Positions 28,464 through 39,169 of a stretch of 64,000 nt of DNA are shown piece after piece. Every line of letters begins with the position of its first letter. Position 1 is the stretch's first letter. The notes beneath the pieces are model-generated. The model saw only the letters and a program-made list of their open reading frames with translations, was not told the origin of the DNA and searched no databases. A program made the position numbers and the translations under genes. The stretch is from NCBI GenBank assembly GCA_965218435.1, contig CBDCKW010000009.1:256001-320000 (forward strand). Direction: 5' to 3'. Source of the DNA: Truepera sp. (GTDB taxonomy: Bacteria; Deinococcota; Deinococci; Deinococcales; Trueperaceae).

Positions 28464-29246
28464 ATGTTACTGGCTTTTGATTTAGATAACACAGTCGTCA
28501 CCCGTGGCGACGAGATTCCGCCCCGCATCTTGGCGGTAGTTGAGGCTGCCAAAGCTGCGGGGCACTCGGTCGCCGTCTTAACCGGTCGCCCGAACGCCTC
28601 GGCGTTGCCGTTTGTCGAACAGCTCGGTGTGACCGGCCCCTACGCGGTCAACCACGGCGCAGTCGTGTTCGGCGCGGACGGTGAGATTTTAAGTCGTTCG
28701 CTGATCGCTGCTGCGGACGCCTCTAAGCTGATTCAAACGTACGGGACCGAGCAGGGGCTCGAGTACGCCTTTATGAAAGATGACGATATCTTTGCTAGGG
28801 ACCCGCACGACCCACGTTGGGGGTGGGCACATACCTTAAACCGTAACGTTTTGGCCTTTGACCCGGACGCCGTCGAAGACGCCGACAAGGTGGTCTTTGA
28901 AGCCGACCGAGAAGGCCCGCGACTGCTTCTCGAGCTGAGCCGCGACTACCCCAAACTAATGACCTACAGCTGGTCCGACGGATTTTTTGAAATCACCGGC
29001 GAAGGGGCCGATAAAGGCACCGCGCTCGCCCGGATCAGCCGCGAACTCGGCGTTGCGCAGGCCCACACGGTGGCTTTTGGTGACGGCGTGAACGACGTCG
29101 AGATGATGCGCTGGGCGGGGCGCGCCGTTGCGGTGGGGCGGGCGCACCCCGATGTGCTCGCCGCTTCGGACGACCATGTTGCTGAACCTGAAGAGGGCGG
29201 TGTAGCGGACTGGCTCGAGCAAAACCTGCTCAGCGTCGGGGTTTAG
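28464..29246 (+). CDS. Cof-type HAD hydrolase
   Basis: AFDLDNT, TGR, DKG, AFGDGVNDVEM. Confidence 0.9.
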   Translation: MLLAFDLDNTVVTRGDEIPPRILAVVEAAKAAGHSVAVLTGRPNASALPFVEQLGVTGPYAVNHGAVVFGADGEILSRSLIAAADASKLIQTYGTEQGLEYAFMKDDDIFARDPHDPRWGWAHTLNRNVLAFDPDAVEDADKVVFEADREGPRLLLELSRDYPKLMTYSWSDGFFEITGEGADKGTALARISRELGVAQAHTVAFGDGVNDVEMMRWAGRAVAVGRAHPDVLAASDDHVAEPEEGGVADWLEQNLLSVGV

Positions 29247-29403
29247 CGAGAGGTATAGAACGCCTGAGCTACAGGGCGGTTCGGCTTGCTTTTTTAGTAT
29301 CCGTAACCGTGAGTAAGCTGCCATAAAAAGCGGTACAAAAGTTTGTAGTTTTGCGTACGTCCATGCCTAGTTTCTCATCAGCTAGGTCGTCTACTATAGG
29401 GCT

Positions 29404-29694
29404 ATGGGGGATTGCCAAAAAATACTACAACCGGAGGCCCGTATACCGGAAAAAGGTGTGGCGGTGCAGGCGCTCGAGCATCTGCGCGGGTTATTACCCT
29501 CTTACCGGGACTTTTGCGGCGCGGCACCCTACTACTACGCCGCCGGTGAGGTGCAGCGGCTAGAACATCAGCTTATCGAGATTTATTCGGCGGACGAACT
29601 TACACATATGTCTGAAGTGATTCAGCTCCAGCTCGTGGGGATGGTCTACGCAATTCGTGAGGCTAAAGGGTGCGGGGTTGAGCTGGACGGGTAA
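29404..29694 (+). CDS. Hypothetical protein
   Basis: 96-aa ORF with TACTAT-6nt-ATG leaderless signal. Confidence 0.5.
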   Translation: MGDCQKILQPEARIPEKGVAVQALEHLRGLLPSYRDFCGAAPYYYAAGEVQRLEHQLIEIYSADELTHMSEVIQLQLVGMVYAIREAKGCGVELDG

Positions 29695-30120
29695 GTTTGC
29701 TTTAACGCTTAGCTCAATCGGTTTAAGATGTTCTCCAAGTGCTCTGTGAAAGAAGTAAGCATTGAGAAGTCGGTAGTCAGAATTCGGTAGTTGCTGGCTT
29801 AACCGAGAAATAGCGCGTTTCACGCGTAAACTGTAACAGCTGAAGCAAAACTCAATACAGCTCTATAAAACTCGTTGCCGCTGCGCCGTACGAACGGCTA
29901 CCGGACAGTCACCAAACGGACACTATGTGCTTTTTCGGCCTAAATCTCGGCTCTAGCTTAGGGTTTGGCCCTTACTGTATCTTACCTTACGGTTTGGGGG
30001 TTATGATCCTAACGCTGCAAGGCGCACTCAACCCGCTGATTTTAGGATATTGACCACCGCTCATCCTAACTTCCGCAGGTATTGACGCTAGCTCTCGGCG
30101 TATAAATTAATGCGTAAATC

Positions 30121-30131
30121 GGAATCATTCC
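30121..30131. promoter_or_regulatory. Palindromic operator upstream of dps (Fur/PerR/Irr-like)
   Basis: GGAAT-C-ATTCC in AT-rich context ~70 bp before dps. Confidence 0.4.
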
Positions 30132-30197
30132 TAATATGTAATCTGGCTCCAATTGCCCTTGTAGCGGCGCGTTAAACTAACGTTTGGAGGTTTGAAC

Positions 30198-30704
30198 GTG
30201 ACAACTACAGCAAAAGTAATGACCTTTGATACCCGAATTGACATTGAAGCCGACGTTCGTAACGAACTGATCGGTGTCCTCAATCAGCAACTTGCCGACG
30301 CCACGGACCTTTTCACTCAGACCAAGCAGTCGCACTGGAACGTCAAGGGTTCGGATTTTATCCAGCTTCACGAACTCTTCGATATGCTCGCCAAAATCCC
30401 CCGTAAGCAGTCGGATAAACTCGCCGAACGTGCTACGGCGATGGGCGGCATGGCCCTCGGCACAGTGCGCATGGCGGCGCAGAACTCGACCCTGCCCGAG
30501 TACCCGGTTGACACGGTTGAAGGCATGGCCGTCGTTACCTTGATGGCTGAGCGTTGGTCCGCTTACGCCGCTTCGACCCGCGCTGCGATTCGCCGCTGCC
30601 AAGAACTCGGTGAGCCGTCAACTGAAGACCTCTTTACCGAGCTTTCGCGCGAGATTGACGAAGCGCTCTACTTCCTCGAGGCGCACCTGCAGAGCAGCAA
30701 ATAA
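30198..30704 (+). CDS. dps: DNA protection during starvation protein
   Basis: TKQSHWNVKG..FIQLHELFD..DKLAERA ferroxidase motifs; GGAGG-7nt-GTG. Confidence 0.93.
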   Translation: MTTTAKVMTFDTRIDIEADVRNELIGVLNQQLADATDLFTQTKQSHWNVKGSDFIQLHELFDMLAKIPRKQSDKLAERATAMGGMALGTVRMAAQNSTLPEYPVDTVEGMAVVTLMAERWSAYAASTRAAIRRCQELGEPSTEDLFTELSREIDEALYFLEAHLQSSK

Positions 30705-30720
30705 GGTCTGAAGCGTTTCT

Positions 30721-30748
30721 AAGCGGGTCTTGATGATCCGCTTTTTTT
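30721..30748 (+). terminator. Intrinsic terminator of dps
   Basis: AAGCGGGTC-loop-GATCCGCTT followed by T-tract. Confidence 0.75.
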
Positions 30749-30894
30749 GTGTTCCGTTTTTTTGTGTCTCGGCTTTGTGTTTCAGCGCGGGTAGGCCGCT
30801 GAACAGCGGTTAAGCTAAATCCTGTTAAGCTAAATCCTGACTATAGTAGTAGACATTAGAAGTTGGAAGACGTTATATTTTAGGTGAGGCTGTA

Positions 30895-31245
30895 ATGACC
30901 AACGACCACAAAACCGCTGTAACCAACCGTACCCGCTACGCGCTTTTAAACGACCGCAGGCGGGCGCTTTTTGAACTGCACAAGCTGACCGAAGCGGTCC
31001 GCTCGCACCCGCGTTACACCGCCGAAAACGAAGCGCATCCGGGACTGGCCGGTCTGGTAGATGATTCTTTAGCGAGCACCTCGGGTGACCTTTGTGGCCG
31101 CGCGTGTCAGGCGAGTTTGGCGGTTTTGGAAAGTGATGTGCGGCGTCTTTACCGGAGCTTGACCGAGCTTGCTAACGTATGGGTTGCACTCACCGATCAA
31201 AAAGATTTAGAACCGCTGGTTGCCACATATTACGAAGCGTTTTGA
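30895..31245 (+). CDS. Hypothetical protein
   Basis: 116-aa ORF with GGTGAGG RBS. Confidence 0.5.
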   Translation: MTNDHKTAVTNRTRYALLNDRRRALFELHKLTEAVRSHPRYTAENEAHPGLAGLVDDSLASTSGDLCGRACQASLAVLESDVRRLYRSLTELANVWVALTDQKDLEPLVATYYEAF

Positions 31246-31381
31246 GAGCCGGGTTTCGTTGACCTTTTGGCCTCCAAAGCTGCCGGCGCTTTTTTCACGC
31301 TTAGAGCAGCTAAAGTACAAAGACTGCTCGAGTAAACTCAACAAAGCTGTAGGGCGACGATCAACAACTCGTCGCCCATTT

Positions 31382-31984
31382 TTATCCCTGCCTGAACGCC
31401 TCCAGCACCTCACGGCGTAGGTCGGCGTCATCCTGAAACACGCCTCGCGTCGTCAGGGTCCGCGTGACCGAGCCCTGCTTTTCCACGCCGCGCATCATCA
31501 TACAGAGGTGACTGGCCTCGGCGACGACCAACACGCCTTTGGGTTTTAGAGTCTGCATCAAGGCGTCGGCAATCTCGGCGGTCAGCCGCTCTTGCACCTG
31601 CAACCGCCGCGAAAACAGGTTGACGATACGGGCAAACTTCGACAACCCCAAAATCGTCTGGTCGGGCACGTAGGCGATATGGACGCGTCCGAAAAACGGC
31701 AGCAGATGATGCTCGCACAAAGAGTAGAAGTCAATATCTCTGACGATGACAAGTTCGGAACCTTCAGCTCTAAACACGGCGTCGCTGACGGTTTGCTCGA
31801 GCGTCAGCGTGTAGCCTTCGGTCAAAAATCTCAGCGAACGTTCGACGCGTTCGGGCGTTTTGACTAGACCTTCACGGGTGACGTCCTCGCCGAGTCCGGT
31901 CAGGAGTTCGGCAATCAGTGGCGCTAACGTCCCCGTAGGCTCGTCCGGGTCAGCTTTGATGGGGGGCGGTAAGGGTTGGCTCAT
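31382..31984 (-). CDS. folE: GTP cyclohydrolase I
   Basis: REGLVKTPERV, SLCEHHLLPFFG, RRLQVQERLT, HLCMMMRGV. Confidence 0.95.
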   Translation of the reverse strand: MSQPLPPPIKADPDEPTGTLAPLIAELLTGLGEDVTREGLVKTPERVERSLRFLTEGYTLTLEQTVSDAVFRAEGSELVIVRDIDFYSLCEHHLLPFFGRVHIAYVPDQTILGLSKFARIVNLFSRRLQVQERLTAEIADALMQTLKPKGVLVVAEASHLCMMMRGVEKQGSVTRTLTTRGVFQDDADLRREVLEAFRQG

Positions 31985-32187
31985 AGGGCTCTCTCTATAT
32001 ATTCCTATTGACGTTCTAAGGCGCAGGCGTCGCTGCGTGTTGTTACACAGTGTAAAGGTCTGAGCGCAATTAGAGCGTGTGGGGTTGCCCGAGTTCGCCT
32101 AATATTAAGGTCGCTCATACCTGCCGGGGTAGCCAATCTCACAGGCTGATCTACCCACCCCGGCTCACCACTTCCGTACAATACGCT

Positions 32188-32853
32188 ATGCCGCAAAAAG
32201 ACGATTTTTTATCTCGGTTACAGGCGCAGCTTAGAGAGACGCTAGAGAAGGTGCAAACACTCGCCACCGAGGGCCGCTTAGACGACGCGCTCTCAGAGGT
32301 GTGGGCTGCCGAACGGAACTTGGGCCTCGAGCACACGCTTTTAAGCCGCCTGCCGAGCGCCGACCTGCTCAAACTCTTGGGACCTGCCGGAACGCCCGAT
32401 ATCGAAAGAACGCTGGTCTGCGCCGAGCTGCTCCGCGCCGAGTTCAGTATCCACACCCTTCGGAGTGACACCGACCCCGCCACAGCGCAAAAGGCGTTGG
32501 ACCTCTACCTTGCCGTATTAGACGCTGAACCGGGCTTTGCGCCGTTCTACGCGGCGCGTCTAGACATGTTGACCGACGCTCTCCTGGCGCAAGCCGGAGC
32601 GTTACCGGCCACTACAGCGCGCGACCTCGCCGAGGTCTACCGCGCCGTCGGCCGTTTCGATGAGGCGGAAAACTGGCTTTACCGCTGGCGTGACGCCCAA
32701 CCGGACACGGAACAAGACGCTGTGCGGGGGTGGGCAGAAACGTTTTACCGCGACCTGCTCGAGCTTTCCGACGAGGCGCTCGTAAAAGGGGGCTTGCCCA
32801 GGGCTGAGGTTGAAGAGGGTTTGGCCGACGTGACCAGCCGGGTTTCAACATGA
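32188..32853 (+). CDS. Hypothetical TPR-like helical protein
   Basis: TACAAT-5nt-ATG; GRFDEAENWLY..FYRDLLELSDEALVKGGLPRAEVEEGL; ATGA overlap with next gene. Confidence 0.65.
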   Translation: MPQKDDFLSRLQAQLRETLEKVQTLATEGRLDDALSEVWAAERNLGLEHTLLSRLPSADLLKLLGPAGTPDIERTLVCAELLRAEFSIHTLRSDTDPATAQKALDLYLAVLDAEPGFAPFYAARLDMLTDALLAQAGALPATTARDLAEVYRAVGRFDEAENWLYRWRDAQPDTEQDAVRGWAETFYRDLLELSDEALVKGGLPRAEVEEGLADVTSRVST

Positions 32854-34040
32854 ATCACTCTGACAACCGCTTCGCCTCGAGACGCGCTCAAAACATGCCC
32901 GAAAGCGTCTTCGCTACCTTCGACCGGGCCAAAGCGCGGGCGCGGCAGGCAGGTAGAGAGATCGTTGACCTCTCCATCGGTTCGTCGGACGTGGCACCCC
33001 CCGAAGTGGCGTTAGTGGCCCTGCGAAACGCAACTTACCAACCTGAAACCTACGGCTACTGCCTGTTTAGCGGGACGGAACCCCTGCGTCGGGCGGTGTC
33101 AAACTGGACGGCGCGGCGTTTCGGTTGGACGCCCGACCCGGACACGCAGGTGTTGCCGCTGATCGGCTCGCAAGAGGGCTTGGCCAATCTGCTGCTGGCC
33201 ACCACCGACCCCGGTGACGTGATCCTCACGCCCGACCCCGGGTATCCCTCATACTACGGCGCGGTGGCGCTAGCTGGGCTCGAGCTCTACCCCTTGCCCC
33301 TTTTAGAGGCGAACAGCTATCTCCCCGACCTGAGCGCCGTCCCCGCTGAGACCGCCCGCCGCGCCAAAGTCATGGTGTTGTCGTACCCGAACAATCCGAC
33401 AGCGGCCGTTGCGCCCGAGGCGTTTTTACGGGAGGCTGTGGACTTTTGCCGGGGGCACGAGATTTTGCTCGTTCACGATTTTCCCTATGCTGAGATGGTT
33501 TACGGCGATTACCGCGCTCCGAGCGTGCTGACCCAACCCGGCGCGCTAGACACAGCTGTCGAGCTCTACAGCGCCTCGAAGAGTTTTCATATGGGCGGCT
33601 TCCGCATCGGTTGGGCCGTCGGCAACGCGGACGCGCTCGCCGCCCTCGCCAAGGTTAAGGGCGCAGTGGACTTCAACCAATATCGGGGCATTCAGGCGGC
33701 GGCAGTCGCGGCTCTGGAACATGCCGAAGCCGACGTACGGCAGGCTGCGAAGACCTTTCAAACGCGCCGGGACGCGCTCGTTGCGACCCTCAACGCCGCA
33801 GGCTGGCCCACGCCGCTCCCGCAGGCGAGTATGTACGTCTGGACGCAGCTACCGCACCCTTACACCGATTCTTTCGCCTTTGCGCTTACGTTGACCGAGG
33901 CGACGGGCGTGTGTCTCGCGCCGGGACGCGCCTTTGGCGAACAAGGCGAAGGCTACGTGCGTTTTGCGCTGGTGCGGGAGCCGGAGGTGTTGGTGAAGGC
34001 AGTGGCGAAAATTCAAGCGTTTGTGAAGGTCACAGCTTGA
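32850..34040 (+). CDS. Class I/II PLP aminotransferase (LL-DAP aminotransferase-like)
   Basis: SYPNNPT, HDFPY, SASKSFHMGGFRIG, GEGYVRFAL. Confidence 0.9.
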   Translation: MNHSDNRFASRRAQNMPESVFATFDRAKARARQAGREIVDLSIGSSDVAPPEVALVALRNATYQPETYGYCLFSGTEPLRRAVSNWTARRFGWTPDPDTQVLPLIGSQEGLANLLLATTDPGDVILTPDPGYPSYYGAVALAGLELYPLPLLEANSYLPDLSAVPAETARRAKVMVLSYPNNPTAAVAPEAFLREAVDFCRGHEILLVHDFPYAEMVYGDYRAPSVLTQPGALDTAVELYSASKSFHMGGFRIGWAVGNADALAALAKVKGAVDFNQYRGIQAAAVAALEHAEADVRQAAKTFQTRRDALVATLNAAGWPTPLPQASMYVWTQLPHPYTDSFAFALTLTEATGVCLAPGRAFGEQGEGYVRFALVREPEVLVKAVAKIQAFVKVTA

Positions 34041-34658
34041 AACGTTTCTGGCGTGAAGTCAGGGAATATCTGAGCGCACTCGTTGTGGCTTTTTTGATCG
34101 TGACCTTTGGGTTTACGACCGTGGGCGTTGCGGGACCGTCCATGGAGCCGACACTTTACGGCGGCTCCGGTAAGCTGCCCCAGTCGCTCTTAGTCGGTGA
34201 CCGCGTGTTCGTTCCAAAATGTGAAACCTGGTTGCGTCGGCTCGGCGTGCTGAGCGGCTATGGGCGCGGCGACATCGTAATCGCCCGTGAACTTGCCGAT
34301 TCACCTGCGCGGCAAGGACGGCGTAATTTTGTTGTCAAACGGGTGATCGGTGTACCGGGAGACACTGTAGAAGGGCGGGCCGGTCAGGTGTGGGTCAACG
34401 GCGTTCGGTTAGACTCACGCTTTCTCGGTGCTACGCCGCTAGGCCGAGTGAGCTTTCCGGCCCTCACCCTGGGTAAAAGAGACTATTTCATCATGGGCGA
34501 CAACCGCGCCCATAGTGCCGACTCGAGGCTCTACGGCCCTGTGCCCTTTTTGTCTATTGCAGGGCGAGCAAGCGGTGATTTGGCCTCCCCGACGAGACGG
34601 CCAGCTCAACTGGAAACTACTGCGCCCGCCGGAGGCGTTTGCGGCTCTGACGCCGTAG
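34037..34658 (+). CDS. lepB: Signal peptidase I with apparent frameshift near the C-terminus
   Basis: GPSMEPTL, VKRVIGVPGD, MGDNRAHSADSRLYGPVP; tail AVIWPP..NWKLLRPPEAF lies in another frame after ~34572. Confidence 0.8.
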
Positions 34659-35168
34659 TTCTAAAAGTCCTTGCAGATTGATCAAAAAGTGCGCAACCAG
34701 CCCCGGCCAGAGGCTGCCGGTCAGCACCGCTGCGTACCCAAACGCCAGCCCTGATAGGGCCGCGTAAAGCGTATAACTCCAGCCTTTGCGGGGCATCGGG
34801 TGTAAGAGGCCGAACACGAGAGCTTGACCCCACACCCCGATCAGGCCCTGGAGCGCACCCCGGAAAAACAGCTCTTCGGCACCGGCGGTCAGGGCGGCGA
34901 AGAGAAGGGCCTCGAGCCACGACGGTCGCAGCCGCGCGAGGGCACGCTCGAGCAGTCCCGACGCGTAGCGAAACGACGGCAATGTTCGTTCCAAAAGCCA
35001 CGCGCCGCCCAGAAGCCCGACCATCAGTGCTACTGTGACGAGCGCGAGCGTTAAGAGACCTGCGGGGAGACCGTAATTGACCGGATAAAACGACAGCCAC
35101 CCCGCGCCGACGAGTCCGGTCAAGAGGCTGGGTAAAAAAGGGAGGTAACGGCGTAAGGGCTTCATCAT
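34617..35168 (-). CDS. CPBP (Abi/CAAX) intramembrane metalloprotease
   Basis: AEELFFRG, FGLLH, AHFLIN motifs. Confidence 0.88.
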   Translation of the reverse strand: MMKPLRRYLPFLPSLLTGLVGAGWLSFYPVNYGLPAGLLTLALVTVALMVGLLGGAWLLERTLPSFRYASGLLERALARLRPSWLEALLFAALTAGAEELFFRGALQGLIGVWGQALVFGLLHPMPRKGWSYTLYAALSGLAFGYAAVLTGSLWPGLVAHFLINLQGLLELRRQSRKRLRRAQ

Positions 35169-35328
35169 GCAGGTTCCGTGATAACACACTTCGGCCCAAG
35201 GCGTGGGTCGCGCAGTTGGGGAGTTATAACCGCTTTCTAAAGCTGATACTGAAGTTTGCAAGACACACCGCGCAGCCAAACTCTCGTAGGGTAATACGGC
35301 AGCACGTTAAACGAAAAGGAGAGAACAT

Positions 35329-36333
35329 ATGGCAGTTCAGCATAAACGGTTGGGTCAACGCGGCGTCTTGGTCAGTAATTTGTGCCTCGGGACGATGAAC
35401 TTTGGCCCCTATACCTCAGAAGAAGACAGCTTTAAGATTATGGACCGGGCGTTAGAACTCGGCATCAACTTTTTTGATACCGCCGACGTTTACGGCCGCG
35501 GTGACAGCGGACAATCGGGCGATACCGAGATCATCTTGGGCAACTGGTTTGCCCAGGGCGGCGGCAGGCGTGACGCGGTGGTCTTGGCGACGAAGGTTTA
35601 CAACCCGGTGACGCGTCAAGGCAACCTCGCCGAACCCAACACCGACGACCGCAGTTTGTCGGCGATGAAGATCAAAAAGCACTGTGAGGGCAGCTTAAAG
35701 CGCCTGCAAACCGATTGGATTGACCTCTACCAGATGCACCACGTTGACCGCGACTGCTCCTGGGATGAGCTGTGGGAAGCGTTTTCGCATCTAGGGGAGC
35801 AGGGCAAGATCGTCTATACGGGCTCGAGCAACTTCGCCGGTTGGGACATTGCAACCGCGTGTCAGGAAGCCTCAAAGCGCGGCATGATGGGCTTGGCGAG
35901 CGAGCAGAGCATCTATCATTTGGACAACCGGATGGTCGAACTCGAGGTCATCCCGGCGTGTGAACATTACGGCGTCGGCCTGATCCCCTGGAGCCCGCTC
36001 GGAGGGGGACTCTTAGGCGGCGTTTTGGGCAAAATCGAAGGGGGTCGCCGGATGAACGAGGGGATGACCAAGCAGATTGAGGCGAAGCGGCCCCAGCTCG
36101 AGCGTTACGAATCGCTTTGCAAAGACCTGGGCGAAGAACCCGCAACCGTCGCGCTGGCGTGGCTGTTACACAACCCGGTCGTGACCGCGCCGATTATCGG
36201 ACCCCGGACGATGGAGCAGCTCGAGAGTGCCGTCCGCGCCACTGAAGTGACCTTAGACGAAGACACTCTTAAGAAACTCGACGAGCTCTTTCCGGGACCG
36301 GGGGGGGCTGCGCCGAACGCCTACGCCTGGTAG
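35329..36333 (+). CDS. Aldo/keto reductase
   Basis: LCLGTMNFG, FFDTADVYG, SLKRLQTDWIDLYQMH, IPWSPLGGG. Confidence 0.93.
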   Translation: MAVQHKRLGQRGVLVSNLCLGTMNFGPYTSEEDSFKIMDRALELGINFFDTADVYGRGDSGQSGDTEIILGNWFAQGGGRRDAVVLATKVYNPVTRQGNLAEPNTDDRSLSAMKIKKHCEGSLKRLQTDWIDLYQMHHVDRDCSWDELWEAFSHLGEQGKIVYTGSSNFAGWDIATACQEASKRGMMGLASEQSIYHLDNRMVELEVIPACEHYGVGLIPWSPLGGGLLGGVLGKIEGGRRMNEGMTKQIEAKRPQLERYESLCKDLGEEPATVALAWLLHNPVVTAPIIGPRTMEQLESAVRATEVTLDEDTLKKLDELFPGPGGAAPNAYAW

Positions 36334-36393
36334 TAGCGACTGTATAGCGGGTATCCCTAGCGGCATCAGCTTGTTGCTAGGGATACTTTGTTG

Positions 36394-37725
36394 TTACGAA
36401 GGCACCTGACATAGCTGCACGGTAACCTCACCCGTAGCGGTCTTAGGAAGTTCTAGCTCGAGCGACTCGAGCGGTGAAGGCGTGTCTTTAAGCATGGCAA
36501 AAAAGCGCCCTGAATTGCTGCTGGCGTCAGGTCGCGGGTGATGGAAAGAAAATGCGTCCAGCTCCTGTCCTCGGTAGTGAAAGCTCACGTTAAAGTCGGT
36601 TATCTTGAGGTCACTCAAGATAACCGACAAGTAACGCTGCTCCGAGCTGGCTAAAGCAGGTAAGTCCGAACTAATCGTCAGTTTGTCTTGAACGGGGTAC
36701 GTCTTTTGGAAGGCTACGTTGTCGTCACGGCATAAACCGTACACCGAGGCAATTAACCTCCGCTTTTGCGGTTCAACGATAGGCGTGACAGAGATAGGAA
36801 ACTCCCAAACGATGACTTTGGGTTTGTGAGCTGTGTAAACGTCACCTCTAAGGTACGTTTCGAGCGGAAACACCAGCCCACCTCCACCGATTGACGCGTT
36901 ATAAACTGGACTTTGAAGCCACACTGAAAGGAAGCCGACATCGTAGGGCGGGATGCTGAAGCTCGAGCCGGATTGAATGACTTCGGCGTTCGCGTCGTCT
37001 GCGCTGGAGGGCTCGACAGCGTAGTGCTTGAGCGGCTCCGGAGGCAGGTGATAGCCGCAATTGTCGTTTAACCAGCTGTTGACGTGTTGACCGTAATAGG
37101 GTTCATCGGGCAAAACGCGGGAGAGTTTAGTGTCACGTTTGGGGAGCGTGGGCGCAACCCGCTTTACCGCGTCGGCAACCACCTTAAGTACGGCGTTCGC
37201 ACCGTCAGGTGACCAATGAACGTCGCGCTTAAAAAAGGTGTAACCACCCTCGGCGCTGTACGCCTGCATCGCGGCGAGGGCGTCAACGACCTCAACGCCT
37301 CCTGAACGCACCTTTTCAACAAACGCTCTGTAATCAGCTTGAGCTTTTTCAGGTGAAAACGCTGCCTGCCAGGGATCTTCCTTGTACAAAAACTCGGGAT
37401 TGCTCATCCCGACGCCTGGTAGGGGTACGAGCACAAGTTTTATACCCTGAGACTCGAGCACCTTTTTCATCTCAACGAAAAAGTCGGCCTCTTGCAAGTT
37501 GGGATAGGTTTTCCAGAAGTCGTGATTAAAGTAAAACCAACCCTTATAGCCCTGATAACCGCCCCGCTTGGGCAGTGTGGCGAGGGCCTTGGGACAGATG
37601 TCGAACTCGAGCACGCTGCCGGAACCGGGCTGGATGACCGGCTCTTGGCGGCAAGCACTAAGCCCTAATAGAGTGCAGACCATGACAGACGCGCCTATGC
37701 GAGTAACAAGCTTGTTGACAGACAT
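36394..37725 (-). CDS. AlgX/AlgJ-family SGNH O-acetyltransferase lipoprotein
   Basis: LSAC lipobox; RDVHW, GSSFS, VIVWEFP; C-terminal CBM-like domain. Confidence 0.8.
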   Translation of the reverse strand: MSVNKLVTRIGASVMVCTLLGLSACRQEPVIQPGSGSVLEFDICPKALATLPKRGGYQGYKGWFYFNHDFWKTYPNLQEADFFVEMKKVLESQGIKLVLVPLPGVGMSNPEFLYKEDPWQAAFSPEKAQADYRAFVEKVRSGGVEVVDALAAMQAYSAEGGYTFFKRDVHWSPDGANAVLKVVADAVKRVAPTLPKRDTKLSRVLPDEPYYGQHVNSWLNDNCGYHLPPEPLKHYAVEPSSADDANAEVIQSGSSFSIPPYDVGFLSVWLQSPVYNASIGGGGLVFPLETYLRGDVYTAHKPKVIVWEFPISVTPIVEPQKRRLIASVYGLCRDDNVAFQKTYPVQDKLTISSDLPALASSEQRYLSVILSDLKITDFNVSFHYRGQELDAFSFHHPRPDASSNSGRFFAMLKDTPSPLESLELELPKTATGEVTVQLCQVPS

Positions 37726-37840
37726 AGATACCTTCTCAGAGGAGTTTTGTAAAGCTGCCAAAAACTGGTTTAGTTTAACAAGTCGGATGACAAAACGCTA
37801 TCACGCTCAGTCAACCGCCGGTGAACTCAGTTCAGGGTCT

Positions 37841-39169
37841 TTACGGTACCTTACAAAGCTGCGCACTAACGCCGCCCGTTATCCCTCGAGGCAAGCCAAG
37901 CTCGACGCCCGTTAAGACAGCTTTCGGGTCATCTTTAAGCGATAAAAAGTATTGCCCACGGTTGGGGGTAAGGGTTGAACGCTCGAGCGTCACCGTCTCA
38001 TTCGTGCCGTCTCGGTAGCTCAGGGTCACCTTGAAGTTCAGCACGCCTAAGTCGTCGAAGTTCAGCTCGAGGTAATGCTGAGCCGCAGAGACGCCCGTGC
38101 CGTCAGCGAGGCTGGCGAGCGGTACGCCGCGTGCGGTGCTGGCGTCGCTAAACCGTGTTTCGGGTGCCGCGCAGCCTCCGTAAACGCTGCCTAAAATTTC
38201 GCGTTGTGCCCCCTCGGGGATGGGGTCGGCGAAGGTAGGAAACTCCCACACCAAGACGCTTGGTCGGTCGGTTTGATACGCGCCGTCGAGCAAATAGCTC
38301 TGTAACCCGATGTAAGCGCCGCCTGCGCCGACCGAGACGTTTAAGACCTCACTTTGCAGCGCAGCGGCTAAAAAGTCGTAGCCGTAAGGAGGCAGGGAAA
38401 AGCTCGAGCCTGCCAACACAACTTCGGGCGCACTGCCGCCGAAGAGTCCGCCTCCAGGGTCAGGTCTGGAAAGCGTATAGATACCCTGGGGTTCGGTGGG
38501 GAGGACGTAGCCACACTGCGAATACGTCCAGTTGCTGACGAACTGACCTCGGTGCTGGTCATCCTCCGGTTCTCTCGTTAAGACTAACTTGGTTTGCAGC
38601 AACGAATTTCCAGTCAGCTCTTTAACTTGCGCCGCCACGTCCTTAAAGAGCGCGTTCGCACCCTCGGCGTTCCAGTGCAGGTCACGTTTGAAAAAAGTTT
38701 GTCCGCCGCCTGCGTCAAAGGCTCTGGCCGCCCCTACGACATCAAAAACCTGGACGCCCGCTTCCTCGAGCGTGCTCACAAACGCCTTGTAAACGGCGTC
38801 AGCTTCTTCCGGGTCAAAGGCGGCTTGCTGCGGGTCGTCCCGGTAGAGCGTATCGGGCCGGACAACCGCGCGGCTCGAGATCGGCATGGCCAAAAGCGTG
38901 ACGCCTTGCGACGCGAGGCGTCCGCTCAGCTCGGCGATAAAGTCGGTTTGTTCAAATATCGGCAGCGTTTCCTCGAGATCGTACGCAAAGTAAAACCAGC
39001 CGTTTAGCCCTTGAAAGGCGCGATACGCGGCGGGGCGCTCGAGCGCCTGATCACATATTTTATAGTTTAGTTCAGCGTTTAGGTTGGGTTTAATCTGCGG
39101 TACGACGGCGCAAGCGCCTAAAAATATCAGCAAGACCAGAGAAGAAAGACGTGGGTAGACGGGGTTCAC
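37841..39169 (-). CDS. AlgX-family SGNH O-acetyltransferase lipoprotein
   Basis: LGAC lipobox; RDLHW, AGSSFS, VLVWEFP; GGAGG-GTG overlapping algJ stop. Confidence 0.8.
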   Translation of the reverse strand: MNPVYPRLSSLVLLIFLGACAVVPQIKPNLNAELNYKICDQALERPAAYRAFQGLNGWFYFAYDLEETLPIFEQTDFIAELSGRLASQGVTLLAMPISSRAVVRPDTLYRDDPQQAAFDPEEADAVYKAFVSTLEEAGVQVFDVVGAARAFDAGGGQTFFKRDLHWNAEGANALFKDVAAQVKELTGNSLLQTKLVLTREPEDDQHRGQFVSNWTYSQCGYVLPTEPQGIYTLSRPDPGGGLFGGSAPEVVLAGSSFSLPPYGYDFLAAALQSEVLNVSVGAGGAYIGLQSYLLDGAYQTDRPSVLVWEFPTFADPIPEGAQREILGSVYGGCAAPETRFSDASTARGVPLASLADGTGVSAAQHYLELNFDDLGVLNFKVTLSYRDGTNETVTLERSTLTPNRGQYFLSLKDDPKAVLTGVELGLPRGITGGVSAQLCKVP

